Shown: positions 1 to 8,942, counted from the whole stretch's first letter. The stretch: DNA of 63,996 bases, filler included, from Candidatus Rokuibacteriota bacterium (GCA_031406795.1; 5 parts of 5 records of this genome joined end to end with filler, not necessarily neighbours in it); one strand, 5' to 3'. The notes: generated by a model not told the origin, from the sequence alone. Made by a program: numbers and translations.

Positions 1-2
1 TG

Positions 3-335
3 TACCCAGGCGTTGCGTGCGTGACCGCATCCGTCTCCGCTGAGAATCTCCGGGGAATCCAGGGAGGGCACGAAGGGCTTACCGCCGTTCGTGATGCTAT
101 TCGCCAGGGGTGGCTCGTAGAGATCGCCCTGAAGACGCGTGTGGAGTTGGGTCTATTCGAGGCGCTCTCGGTATCGCTTGGTCAGGGGGAGGCTTCGAGT
201 ATCGCCCTGGCCAAGGCGAGATCCCTGGTGTTTGCCTGCGACGACAAGGCAGGAGTTGCTGACCGGCAAGACCCGGCTCGTCTGAAGATGGCCGCCGGGG
301 GCTTGCAGGTACTTATCACAGGTGCTATACATTGA
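3..335 (+). pseudogene. PIN-domain (DUF3368-like) protein, 5' partial, 3' end replaced
   Basis: LGQGEASSIALA...FACDD is a PIN-like motif; similarity stops at ~250 where an hsdS-like tail begins. Confidence 0.6.
250..285 (+). pseudogene. Orphan 3' tail of a type I specificity subunit (hsdS-like)
   Basis: CAG GAG TTG CTG ACC GGC AAG ACC CGG CTC GTC TGA = QELLTGKTRLV*, the typical HsdS C-terminus; lies in an hsdR locus. Confidence 0.7.
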
Positions 336-367
336 CCTGTTGACAGACCAATTAAAAGGAGCTGTTC

Positions 368-640
368 ATGGCAACCAGGTTTTCTGAGGATGTGGTCCCC
401 CTCTCCGACGTCAAGGTGAATCCCGGCAAAGTCGTCAGACAGGTTACCGAGGCGCATCGGCCTGTCCTCCTCACCAGCCGCGGACGTGGGGTTGCGGTGG
501 TTCAGTCCGTGTCGGATTATGAGTCCGGGAGCGAGGAGCGACGCTTCATGAAGGGCGTGGTCCAGGGGTTGCTGGATCTCGAGGAAGGGCGCGAGATCAG
601 TCTCGCCGAGGTAAAGAGACGTCTGAAACTGGCGCTCTGA
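368..640 (+). CDS. Phd/YefM family antitoxin
   Basis: 90 aa; PLSDVKVNPGKVVRQV..RPVLLTSRGRGVAVV; AAGGAG RBS; directly upstream of a toxin. Confidence 0.9.
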   Translation: MATRFSEDVVPLSDVKVNPGKVVRQVTEAHRPVLLTSRGRGVAVVQSVSDYESGSEERRFMKGVVQGLLDLEEGREISLAEVKRRLKLAL

Positions 641-641
641 C

Positions 642-950
642 ATGGCTGATCCGGTGCGGGTCAGTTTCGCCGCCTCCGCAGTCGTGGATCTTGAGGAACT
701 GCGGACATATTACGATGAGCAACAGGTTCCCGCAGTTGGTGCCCGCCTGCTCGGGGAGATATTCGGGCGAATCGAAGCCTTGAAGAGCCATCCCGACATG
801 GGACGCGTCGTGCCGGAATTCGGCCAGGAAAACCTCCGTGAAATCATCCACCCCCCTTTCCGCATCGTCTATCGAAGGGACAAGGCCAGGGTGAGGATCG
901 TCCGCGTCTGGCGGAGCGAGCGGTTGTTGAACAAGACCCGGCTCTTGTAA
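642..950 (+). CDS. RelE/ParE family toxin
   Basis: VSFAASAVVDLEEL...HPDMGRVVPE...REIIHPPFRIVYR. Confidence 0.9.
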   Translation: MADPVRVSFAASAVVDLEELRTYYDEQQVPAVGARLLGEIFGRIEALKSHPDMGRVVPEFGQENLREIIHPPFRIVYRRDKARVRIVRVWRSERLLNKTRLL

Positions 951-1080
951 AGCACTATGAGCAATAATGCTCAGCCATTGAGTAATCTCTTGATTCGCCA
1001 ATATTCCTTTGATATATCAATGCCATGAGCTATCAGCGCAAGCTCGTAACCGGGATGTGGTTGGTGTGACCATGCTCTCC

Positions 1081-4000
1081 ATGGATATCGGCATGAAGGA
1101 GCGCCAGACCCAGGCGCGCGTCGTGGCGCTCTTTCGCGAGACGCTCGGCTACGACTACCTCGGCGACTGGAGCGAGCGCGCTGGGAACGCCAACATCGAG
1201 CCGACGCTCTTGGCGGCGTGGCTGGCGAAGCAAGGCGTGAGCGAGGCGGTGACCAACCGGACACTGCACCTGCTCGACAAGACCGCCGGCGACACCAGCA
1301 AGAGCCTCTACGACCGCAACCGCGCCGTCTACGAGCTGCTGCGCTACGGCGTGAAAGTGAAGCCCGATGTCGGGCAGAACACGGAAACGGTCTGGCTGAT
1401 CGACTGGAAGCGCCCCGAGAAGAACCACTTCGCCATTGCCGAAGAGGTGACGGTCCCCGGCGCCGATGCGAAGGCCAACACCAAGCGCCCCGACGTGGTG
1501 CTCTACGTCAACGGCATCGCGCTCGGGGTGCTGGAGCTGAAGCGCTCGACCGTCTCGGTGGCCGAAGGGATCCGGCAGAATCTCGACAACCAGAAGAAGG
1601 AGTTCATCCAGCCCTTCTTCTCGACGCTGCAGTGGATCATGGCCGGCAACGACACCGAGGGGCTGCGGTACGGGACGATTCAGACGCCGGAGAAGTATTA
1701 TTTGACATGGAAGGAAGATGACGGGCGGGCGGGGATCAACCCCGCCCCTACAGCAACAGGTGGGTCGCAGGCAACGGCGTTGGGCACCACCGCCAGGCCC
1801 GCGCTTGACACTGCCATCATGCAGGTGTGTGCCAAGGCGCGCTTTCTCGAACTGATCCACGATTTCATCGTCTTCGACGCGGGCATCAAGAAGCTCTGCC
1901 GGCACAGCCAGTACTTCGGCGTGCGGGCCGCGCAGGAGCACGTGCGGCGGCGCGAGGGCGGCATCATCTGGCACACCCAGGGCTCAGGCAAGAGCCTGGT
2001 CATGGTCTGGCTCGCCAAGTGGATCCGCGAGAACGTGACCGACCCGCGGGTGCTGATCATCACCGACCGCACCGAGCTGGACGAGCAGATCGAAAAAGTC
2101 TTCAAGGGGGTCAACGAGCAGATCCACCGCACCTCCTCCGGCGCCGATCTGATCGCCACGCTGAACGCCACCACGCCCTGGCTGCTCTGCTCGCTGCTGC
2201 ACAAGTTCGGCGCCAGAGAGGGCGGCGAGGAAGCCGACGACGTCGCGGGCTATCTGGAGGAGATCAGACGGGCCCTGCCGCCGGACTTCAAGGTCCGCGG
2301 CAACCTGCACGTGTTCGTGGACGAATGCCACCGCACGCAATCCGGTGACTTGCACCAGGCGATGAAGGCGATCCTGCCGGGCGCGGTGTTCATCGGCTTC
2401 ACCGGCACGCCGCTGCTGCGCGCCGACAAGCAGCGGAGCATCGAGGTCTTCGGCAGGTACATCCACACCTACAAGTTCGACCAGGCGGTAAAGGACGGCG
2501 TGGTGCTCGATCTGCGCTACGAGGCGCGGGACGTGGACCAGAAGATCACCTCGCAGGCGAAGATCGACCAGTGGTTCGAAGCGAAGACCAGGGGACTGAC
2601 CGATCTGGCGCGCGCGCAACTGAAGCAGCGCTGGGGCACGATGCAGAAGGTGCTCTCCAGCCAGTCCCGGCTCGGGAAGATCGCCGCCGACATCCTGATG
2701 GACATGGAGACCCGCGACCGGCTCAAGAGCGGGCGCGGCAATGCGTTGCTGGTCTCGGGCAGCATCTATCAGGCGTGCAAGTTCTACGAACTGTTCGCGA
2801 AGACCGACCTCAAGGGGAGATGCGCCATCGTCACCTCCTATCGGCCGTCGGCCGCGGAGATCAAGGGCGAGGAGAGCGGCGAGGGGCTGACGGAACGGCT
2901 GCGGCAGTACGAGATCTACCGCCGGATGCTGGCCGACTGGTTCAACGAGGCGCCGGAGAAGGCGGTGAACCGGGTCGAGGAGTTCGAGCTGGCGGTGAAG
3001 AAGAAGTTCATCGACGAGCCGGGGCAGATGAAGCTGCTGATCGTCGTGGACAAACTGCTGACCGGCTTCGACGCGCCGCCGGCCACCTACCTCTACATCG
3101 ACAAGCAGATGCGCGACCACGGGCTCTTCCAGGCGATCTGCCGGGTGAACCGGCTCGACGGCGACGACAAGGAGTATGGCTACATCGTCGATTACAAGGA
3201 CCTCTTCAAGAGCCTCGAGGGGGCGGTCCACGACTACACCTCCGGCGCCCTCGACGGTTACGACAAGGAAGACGTCGCCGGCCTGCTGGAAGACCGGCTG
3301 GGGAAAGCTCGCGAGCGGCTCGAAGACGCGCTGGAAGCGGTGCGCGCCCTCTGCGAGCCGGTCGCGGCGCCGAAGGACCAGGCGGCGTACCTCCGGTATT
3401 TTTCGGGAGATGCCGACACGTCGACCGCCGAATTGGGAATGTCCGCTGTAGGGGCGACCGGCCGGTCGCCCCTACGGGAGACCGAATCGAGGCGCTTGTC
3501 GCTGTACACGCTGACGGCGGCGCTCGTCCGTGCCTACGCCGCGCTCGCCAACGAGATGACGGACGCCGGGTACTCGCCGGCGGAGGCCGCAAAGATCAAG
3601 GCGGAGGTCACCTTCTACGAGAACCTGCGCAGCGAAGTGAAGCTGCACAGTGGCGACGCCATCGATCTCAAGTTATACGAGCCGGCGATGCGCCACCTGA
3701 TCGACACGTACATCCGCGCCGAGGAGAGCGAGAAGGTTTCCGCGTTCGATGATCTCTCGCTGATCCAGCTCATTGTCGAGCGCGGCGTCGACGCACTGGA
3801 GGCGCTGCCCGAGGGGATTCGCAAGGACAAGGATGCGGTCGCCGAGACGATCGAGAACAACGTGCGCAGGCTGATCATCGACGAGTCGCCGATCAACCCG
3901 AAGTACTACGAGAAGATGTCGGAGCTGCTCGACGCGCTGATTGCCCACCGCAGGGTGCAGGCGTTGGAGTACCGCCAATACCTGGTGATGATCATCGGGC

Positions 4001-4374
4001 TGGCCAAGCGCGTGAAGAAGGGACCGGGGGGCGGCACCTACCCCTTGCTGACCAACACGCCGGCCAGACGGGCGCTGTATGACAATCTCGAGCATGATAC
4101 GGCGCTGGCGCTGGCGGTCGATGGGGCAGTTCTCTCGAGTCGGCAGGACGAGTGGCGCGCCTATCCGTTGAGGCTCAAGCGCGTGAGACTCGCGATCAAG
4201 GCAGCGGTTCAAGACTACGCCCCTGCCGGCGATGATACCGTCAGAACGGGAAAGTCGGGTGCTGGGCAGCCGGCGGAGCCTTCACCTGCTTACGCGGTGC
4301 CGCACGAAGAAGAGCCGCTCGATACCCTGGTCGAACGGCTGATCGAGCTCGTGAAGAACCAGCGTGAGTACTGA
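1081..4374 (+). CDS. hsdR: Type I restriction endonuclease subunit R
   Basis: RPDVVLYVNGIALGVLELK nuclease motif, WHTQGSGKS, DECH, FTGTP, LLTGFDAP, QAICRVNR; start approximate. Confidence 0.95.
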   Translation: MDIGMKERQTQARVVALFRETLGYDYLGDWSERAGNANIEPTLLAAWLAKQGVSEAVTNRTLHLLDKTAGDTSKSLYDRNRAVYELLRYGVKVKPDVGQNTETVWLIDWKRPEKNHFAIAEEVTVPGADAKANTKRPDVVLYVNGIALGVLELKRSTVSVAEGIRQNLDNQKKEFIQPFFSTLQWIMAGNDTEGLRYGTIQTPEKYYLTWKEDDGRAGINPAPTATGGSQATALGTTARPALDTAIMQVCAKARFLELIHDFIVFDAGIKKLCRHSQYFGVRAAQEHVRRREGGIIWHTQGSGKSLVMVWLAKWIRENVTDPRVLIITDRTELDEQIEKVFKGVNEQIHRTSSGADLIATLNATTPWLLCSLLHKFGAREGGEEADDVAGYLEEIRRALPPDFKVRGNLHVFVDECHRTQSGDLHQAMKAILPGAVFIGFTGTPLLRADKQRSIEVFGRYIHTYKFDQAVKDGVVLDLRYEARDVDQKITSQAKIDQWFEAKTRGLTDLARAQLKQRWGTMQKVLSSQSRLGKIAADILMDMETRDRLKSGRGNALLVSGSIYQACKFYELFAKTDLKGRCAIVTSYRPSAAEIKGEESGEGLTERLRQYEIYRRMLADWFNEAPEKAVNRVEEFELAVKKKFIDEPGQMKLLIVVDKLLTGFDAPPATYLYIDKQMRDHGLFQAICRVNRLDGDDKEYGYIVDYKDLFKSLEGAVHDYTSGALDGYDKEDVAGLLEDRLGKARERLEDALEAVRALCEPVAAPKDQAAYLRYFSGDADTSTAELGMSAVGATGRSPLRETESRRLSLYTLTAALVRAYAALANEMTDAGYSPAEAAKIKAEVTFYENLRSEVKLHSGDAIDLKLYEPAMRHLIDTYIRAEESEKVSAFDDLSLIQLIVERGVDALEALPEGIRKDKDAVAETIENNVRRLIIDESPINPKYYEKMSELLDALIAHRRVQALEYRQYLVMIIGLAKRVKKGPGGGTYPLLTNTPARRALYDNLEHDTALALAVDGAVLSSRQDEWRAYPLRLKRVRLAIKAAVQDYAPAGDDTVRTGKSGAGQPAEPSPAYAVPHEEEPLDTLVERLIELVKNQREY
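1727..1752 (-). repeat. GTAG-type REP-like palindrome inside hsdR
   Basis: TGTAGGGGCGGGGTTGATCCCCGCCC on the minus strand; read in hsdR as RAGINPAPT. Confidence 0.7.
3448..3475. repeat. GTAG-type REP-like perfect palindrome inside hsdR
   Basis: GTAGGGGCGACCGGCCGGTCGCCCCTAC, a 28-bp perfect palindrome; encodes VGATGRSPL. Confidence 0.85.
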
Positions 4375-5092
4375 AACGCACCAGATCATTGTCAGCGGCA
4401 TTCGCGTCGCCGTCGTCCGCAAGGCCATCAAGAATCTGCACCTGGGGGTCTACCCACCACACGGTCGGGTCCGCGTCGCGGCACCGCTTGCCGTTACCGA
4501 CGAGGCCGTTCGGTTGGCGGTGGTCAGGAAACTCGGCTGGATCAGGCGACAGCGGGCGCAATTCGACGCGCAACCGAGACAATCGCGGCGTGAGTTCGTC
4601 AGCGGCGAGAGCCACTACTTTTTCGGGCGGCGTTGTCGGTTGCGCGTCCATCATCAGGAGGGCCCAGCCCGTGCTGCGCTGCGCGGGAAGAGCGTCATCG
4701 ACCTCTTTGTCCGGCCGGGGGCGAACGCCGAGGATCGCGAACGCACCCTGCAACGCTGGTACCGGTCGGAACTGAAGGAGTTGGTCCCGACGCTGCTGGA
4801 GAAATGGCAACGCGCGCTCAGCGTCCGGGTTGCCGCCTGGGGCGTCAAGAAGATGAAGACCAGATGGGGCAGCTGCACGATCGACGCCAGGCGAATCTGG
4901 CTCAACTCCGAGCTGGTCAAGAAACCGGTGCGGTGCCTGGAGTTCATCGCAGTCCACGAACTGATGCACCTGCGGGAGCGGCATCATGGCGAGAGGTTCG
5001 TCAAACTGATGGACAACGCCCTGCCCTCCTGGCGCGCGCGGCGAGCCGAGTTGAACCGTGCACCGCTGGCGCAGGAGACCTGGGAGTACTGA
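4364..5092 (+). CDS. M48/YgjP (DUF45) family metal-dependent hydrolase
   Basis: MKTRWGSC, HELMH (HExxH); usual gene downstream of hsdR. Confidence 0.9.
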   Translation: MSTETHQIIVSGIRVAVVRKAIKNLHLGVYPPHGRVRVAAPLAVTDEAVRLAVVRKLGWIRRQRAQFDAQPRQSRREFVSGESHYFFGRRCRLRVHHQEGPARAALRGKSVIDLFVRPGANAEDRERTLQRWYRSELKELVPTLLEKWQRALSVRVAAWGVKKMKTRWGSCTIDARRIWLNSELVKKPVRCLEFIAVHELMHLRERHHGERFVKLMDNALPSWRARRAELNRAPLAQETWEY

Positions 5093-5135
5093 CACCTGAT
5101 CCATCCGGCGCTCGCAGCCCTGTCGTCGGCCCCGC

Positions 5136-6278
5136 TCACCCCCGCGGGATGACGTAAAGATCCGCCGGGCGCAGCACGACCGTCACGGCGCTCCCCGGCT
5201 CGAGTGCGTGCGCGCGGGCGACGTGCCCGGAGACTGCCGCGACGACCCGCAGGCCGCAGTCGATCGAGACCTTCAGGAATGGCCCCTGCGGCACGACCGC
5301 GGCGACCAGCCCCTGCAGCCGGTTCTCGCCGTCGGGAGCGGCGCCGGTTCCGCCGGCGGCGACCACGACATCCTCCGGGCGCACACAGATCAGCCCCTCC
5401 GAGCCGACCCGCATGCCGGGGGCCGCGCCGCCGACTGCGAGCAAGGCGCAGTCGGGCGCCGCGATCCCGGCGACGCTCTTGCCGCCTTCGAGCCGCCCGA
5501 TGAACGCGCCACCCTCCCCGGCAGCCGTCAGGGTGACGGGCAACAGGTTCTCCACGCCCACGAATGAGGCGACGAAGGAGTCGGCCGGACGGCGCAGGAC
5601 CTCTTCGGCGGTGCCGATCTGACGCAGTCGCCCGCAGTCCAGGACGGCCACCCGATCGGCGAGGCGCTGGGCCTCGGCGCGGTCGTGCGTCGCGAAGACC
5701 GTGGTTGTCCCGGTCTCGTGCAGCGTGTGGGCCAGGTCTTCGAGCAGCGCCTCGCGGGCCGGCGGGTCGAGCGCGGCGAACGGCTCGTCCAGCAGCAGGA
5801 TCTCGGGCGCGACCGCCATTGCCCGCGCGATGCTGGCGCGCTGCGCCTCCCCGCCGGAGAGCGTCCGGGCGGAGCGCCCGGCGAGATGACCGATGCGAAA
5901 GCGCTCCAGGCTCTCGGCGACGCGGCGGCCGAGCTCCTCCTTGGGAAACCGCCGAAGTCTGAGACCGGTCGCGACGTTCTCGAAGACCGTCGTGTCGAAG
6001 AGCAGCGGCTCCTGGAAAACCATCGCCACGCGGCGGCGATAGTCCAGCGCGGCGGCGCCCGCGGGCACCCGCGCGCCGCGAAAGAGCAGCTCCCCGGCGC
6101 TCGGCGGTTCGATCCCCGAGAGCCCGAGCAGCAGCGTGCTCTTGCCCGCGCCGTTCGGCCCGATCAGCGCAAGGGTCTCACCCGGTGCAACCGCGATAGA
6201 GGGCAGATTGAGCACCTCCGCGCCCCCCCGGCGGATGCGGAAATCGCGGACCTCGAGGATCGCCACCCCCGTGCTCAC
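5136..6278 (-). CDS. tupC: Tungstate ABC transporter ATPase with TOBE domain
   Basis: GPNGAGKST, LSGGEAQR, LLLDEP; GTG start overlaps tupB stop (GTGA). Confidence 0.85.
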   Translation of the reverse strand: MSTGVAILEVRDFRIRRGGAEVLNLPSIAVAPGETLALIGPNGAGKSTLLLGLSGIEPPSAGELLFRGARVPAGAAALDYRRRVAMVFQEPLLFDTTVFENVATGLRLRRFPKEELGRRVAESLERFRIGHLAGRSARTLSGGEAQRASIARAMAVAPEILLLDEPFAALDPPAREALLEDLAHTLHETGTTTVFATHDRAEAQRLADRVAVLDCGRLRQIGTAEEVLRRPADSFVASFVGVENLLPVTLTAAGEGGAFIGRLEGGKSVAGIAAPDCALLAVGGAAPGMRVGSEGLICVRPEDVVVAAGGTGAAPDGENRLQGLVAAVVPQGPFLKVSIDCGLRVVAAVSGHVARAHALEPGSAVTVVLRPADLYVIPRG

Positions 6279-6973
6279 CGCGGGCGCTCCGCCTGCTGGA
6301 TCCGGGTCAGCAGGTAGTTCACGGCGAAGGTCAGCAGCAGCAGGATGACGCTCAGCGCGATCGCGACGTCGAAGTTGCCGCGGCCCGTCTCCATGACCGT
6401 CGCGGTGGTCAGCACGCGGGTGGAGCCCTTGATGTTCCCGCCGACCATGATCGAGGCGCCGACCTCGGAGATCACGCCGCCGAAGCCGGCCATCACGGCG
6501 GCGAGCAGCGGCAGGCGCGCCTCGCGCAGCAGCAGCCGCACCATCTGCCACCGCGTCGCGCCGAGCGCCAGGATCTGCAGCCGCAGCTTCGGCGGGAGCT
6601 GCTGGACCGCGGCGAGGCTGATGCCGGTCACGATCGGCGTCGCGATCACGGACTGTGCGATGATCATCGCCGTCGGGGTGTAGAGCAGCCCGAGCGCGCC
6701 AAGCGGCCCGTTGCGCCAGAGGAAGATCGACACAAAGAGCCCGACGACCACCGGCGGCAGCCCCATCCCGGTGTTCACGAGGCTCACGAGGACGCGGCGG
6801 CCCGGGAAGCGGGTCAGCGCAAGCGCCGTTCCCGCGGACACGCCGAGCAACAGGCTGATGAACGTGGCGGTGCCGGAGATGCGCAGCGAAAGCAGGGAGA
6901 TCCGCCAAATCTCGGCGTCGAAGCCGAAAATCAGGCCGAAGGCCTCACGGATCCCCTGCCAGATGAGTTCCAA
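6275..6973 (-). CDS. tupB: Tungstate ABC transporter permease
   Basis: GLPPVVVGL, ISEVGASIMVGGNIKGSTRVLTT. Confidence 0.9.
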   Translation of the reverse strand: MELIWQGIREAFGLIFGFDAEIWRISLLSLRISGTATFISLLLGVSAGTALALTRFPGRRVLVSLVNTGMGLPPVVVGLFVSIFLWRNGPLGALGLLYTPTAMIIAQSVIATPIVTGISLAAVQQLPPKLRLQILALGATRWQMVRLLLREARLPLLAAVMAGFGGVISEVGASIMVGGNIKGSTRVLTTATVMETGRGNFDVAIALSVILLLLTFAVNYLLTRIQQAERPR

Positions 6974-6976
6974 ACG

Positions 6977-7807
6977 TTACTCGGCCTTGCCGGCGTCCGG
7001 GAAGAACAGCGGCGCGCCGTACTTCTCGATGCCGAAGCCGCCGATTGTCTTCTGGGTCTCGTCCGCGACCATGAAGTCCGCGAAGGCCTTCGCGCCGGTG
7101 GCGTTGACCTTCGGCCACTTCGCCTGGCTGACCTCGATGACGTGGTAGACGTTCAGCAGGTTCTTCTCGCCCTCGACGAGGATCTCGAGCGCGAGGATCT
7201 TTTTCATCGCGAGATAGGTGCCGCGGTCGGCGAGCGTGTAGAAGCCCTTCTCGGAGGCGACATTGAGCGTCTGGCCCATGCCGAGGCCGGTCTGCTGGTA
7301 CCAGGCCTGCCCCTCGGGATTGATGCCGGCGGCGGTCCAGAGCGTCTTCTCCTTGGCGTGCGTGCCGGAGTTGTCGCCGCGCGAGATGAAGGTGCCGCCC
7401 GCCGCGCCGATCGTCTTCAGCGCATCCGCCGTGTTCATCAGCCCCTTGATTTTCGCCGGGTCGGCGGCGGGTCCGACGATCACGAAGTCGTTGTGCATCA
7501 CCAGCAACCGCCGGGTGCCGAAGCCATCCTCCATGAACTTCTTCTCCGCCGCGGGGGAGTGCACGAGCAGCACGTCGGCCTCGCCCTTCAGCCCCATCGT
7601 CATCGCCTGCCCGGAGCCGACGGCGATCGTCTTGACCATCAGGCCCGACTGCTTCTCGAAGACCGGAACGAGAACGTCGAGCAGCCCGGAGTCCTGCGTG
7701 CTCGTCGTGGTGGCCAGGATCAGCACCTTCTCCTGGGCGAAGCCGGGGGCGGCGGCGATGAGCGCCGCGGCGGACAGAGCGGTGACGGCAGCTGCGGACT
7801 TTCTCAT
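6977..7807 (-). CDS. tupA: Tungstate ABC transporter substrate-binding protein
   Basis: Signal peptide; TTTSTQDSGLL TupA signature; SRGDNSGTH. Confidence 0.92.
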   Translation of the reverse strand: MRKSAAAVTALSAAALIAAAPGFAQEKVLILATTTSTQDSGLLDVLVPVFEKQSGLMVKTIAVGSGQAMTMGLKGEADVLLVHSPAAEKKFMEDGFGTRRLLVMHNDFVIVGPAADPAKIKGLMNTADALKTIGAAGGTFISRGDNSGTHAKEKTLWTAAGINPEGQAWYQQTGLGMGQTLNVASEKGFYTLADRGTYLAMKKILALEILVEGEKNLLNVYHVIEVSQAKWPKVNATGAKAFADFMVADETQKTIGGFGIEKYGAPLFFPDAGKAE

Positions 7808-7831
7808 CAGATCATACCTTTCGCTTGTCTT

Positions 7832-7892
7832 CGTGCGGGCTGGTGGGCCTGACGCTGCGGACCTCCCCGCCGCGCAACACCTTCGCCCAGTC
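7832..7892. repeat. Dispersed hairpin repeat, copy A
   Basis: 19-bp CCTGACGCTGCGGACCTCC identical to 56541-56559, with similar flanks. Confidence 0.6.
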
Positions 7893-7920
7893 TGTGTTCA
7901 GCGGCGGCGACTACCGCCCA

Positions 7921-8838
7921 TCACGGTGCCGCATACAGAATTCGGCCCGCGTCGCGGAAGTCGTAGTGGCCGAGATTCGCGACGCGCCGGCGGAAATCCG
8001 CGTCCCGCAGCGCCTCGAGGATCGCCTGCACCCCCGCCCCGAAGTATGCGTCCTTCGTCGTAACCAGATCGAATCGCTCCTGGACGACCTGGATGAAATC
8101 GAGCCCCAGCATCCGCGCAACCGACCCCGACGCCAGCCCGGTGTCGGCCTCGCCCGAGAGCACGGCGAGACCGACCTCGTAGTGGGTGGCCGCCTCGCGC
8201 CCGTAGCCGACCACGCCCGCCGGCGCTATCCCCAGCTCCGCGAGCCGCCGGTCGAGCAGCAGACGCGTCCCCGCCCCCGCCTGCCGGTTGACCAACCGCA
8301 CCCCCGGGCGCCCGAGTTCCTCGAAGCCGCGGATCGCCAGCGGATTGCCCGGCGCGGTGACGAATCCCAGATCGCGCCAGAGCAAGTTCGCGACAACTGG
8401 CCGAACCGCGGTCACGATCCGCTTGACGTGCGGGACGTTGTATTCCCCCGTCTCCGGGTCGGCCAGGTGGCTCCAGGCCAGGTCGGTATGGCCGAGATTG
8501 AGCATCCGCAGCCCTTCGGTGCTGCCCGTGGATGCCGAGAACAGGACGACTCCGGGGTGGTGCGCTGCCAGATGGCTCTGGAGGATGTCGAGAACCGGGT
8601 CGTGACTGCCGGCGGCGAGCAGCACGCCCTCGATCCGCTGGCCCCGCTTCCGAGCAACGGACAGGCCCTCCATGGCGTTCTTTTCGATCCACTCGTCGAG
8701 CACCCGCAGCGGAAACAGCCACTTGCCGGTGACTCGGGACGCGGGGATCTTCCCGGCTTTCACGAGCGCATAGACCTGCTTCTCGTGAATGCCGAGATGC
8801 TCGGCGACTTCCTTGGTCGTCAGGAACTTGTCAGGCAC
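7921..8838 (-). CDS. Excisionase-type HTH + periplasmic-binding-protein-like (molybdate/tungstate) transcriptional regulator
   Basis: FLTTKEVAEHLGIHEKQVYALV HTH; GSHD, GSTEGL, NRQAGAGTR in the PBP-like domain; heads the tup operon. Confidence 0.85.
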   Translation of the reverse strand: MPDKFLTTKEVAEHLGIHEKQVYALVKAGKIPASRVTGKWLFPLRVLDEWIEKNAMEGLSVARKRGQRIEGVLLAAGSHDPVLDILQSHLAAHHPGVVLFSASTGSTEGLRMLNLGHTDLAWSHLADPETGEYNVPHVKRIVTAVRPVVANLLWRDLGFVTAPGNPLAIRGFEELGRPGVRLVNRQAGAGTRLLLDRRLAELGIAPAGVVGYGREAATHYEVGLAVLSGEADTGLASGSVARMLGLDFIQVVQERFDLVTTKDAYFGAGVQAILEALRDADFRRRVANLGHYDFRDAGRILYAAP

Positions 8839-8850
8839 GATAATCCCCTA

Positions 8851-8886
8851 AATATTACTAAGTATTACAAATTCTTACCGTTACAT
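8851..8886. promoter_or_regulatory. Phased 10-bp direct repeats, putative operator/promoter
   Basis: AATATTACTA AGTATTACAA ATTCTTACCG TTACAT just upstream of the regulator start. Confidence 0.55.
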
Positions 8887-8942
8887 CCAATACCACGAGA
8901 CACAGGAGGCGTCAATTGGCAATTCACCACAACGAATACGAG

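Noticed and set aside
958-1020. Palindromes TGAGCA-ATAA-TGCTCA and TTGATATATCAA
   Set aside because: Short, within an AT-rich relic ORF; spacing does not fit an FNR box, so no function can be supported.
1081-4374. Orphan hsdR lacking hsdM/hsdS
   Set aside because: The window starts mid-locus; hsdM/hsdS probably lie upstream, so absence cannot be claimed.
6279-6908. N-terminal extension of the 590-aa tupC ORF
   Set aside because: Overlaps tupB in another frame; the real start is the GTG at 6278.
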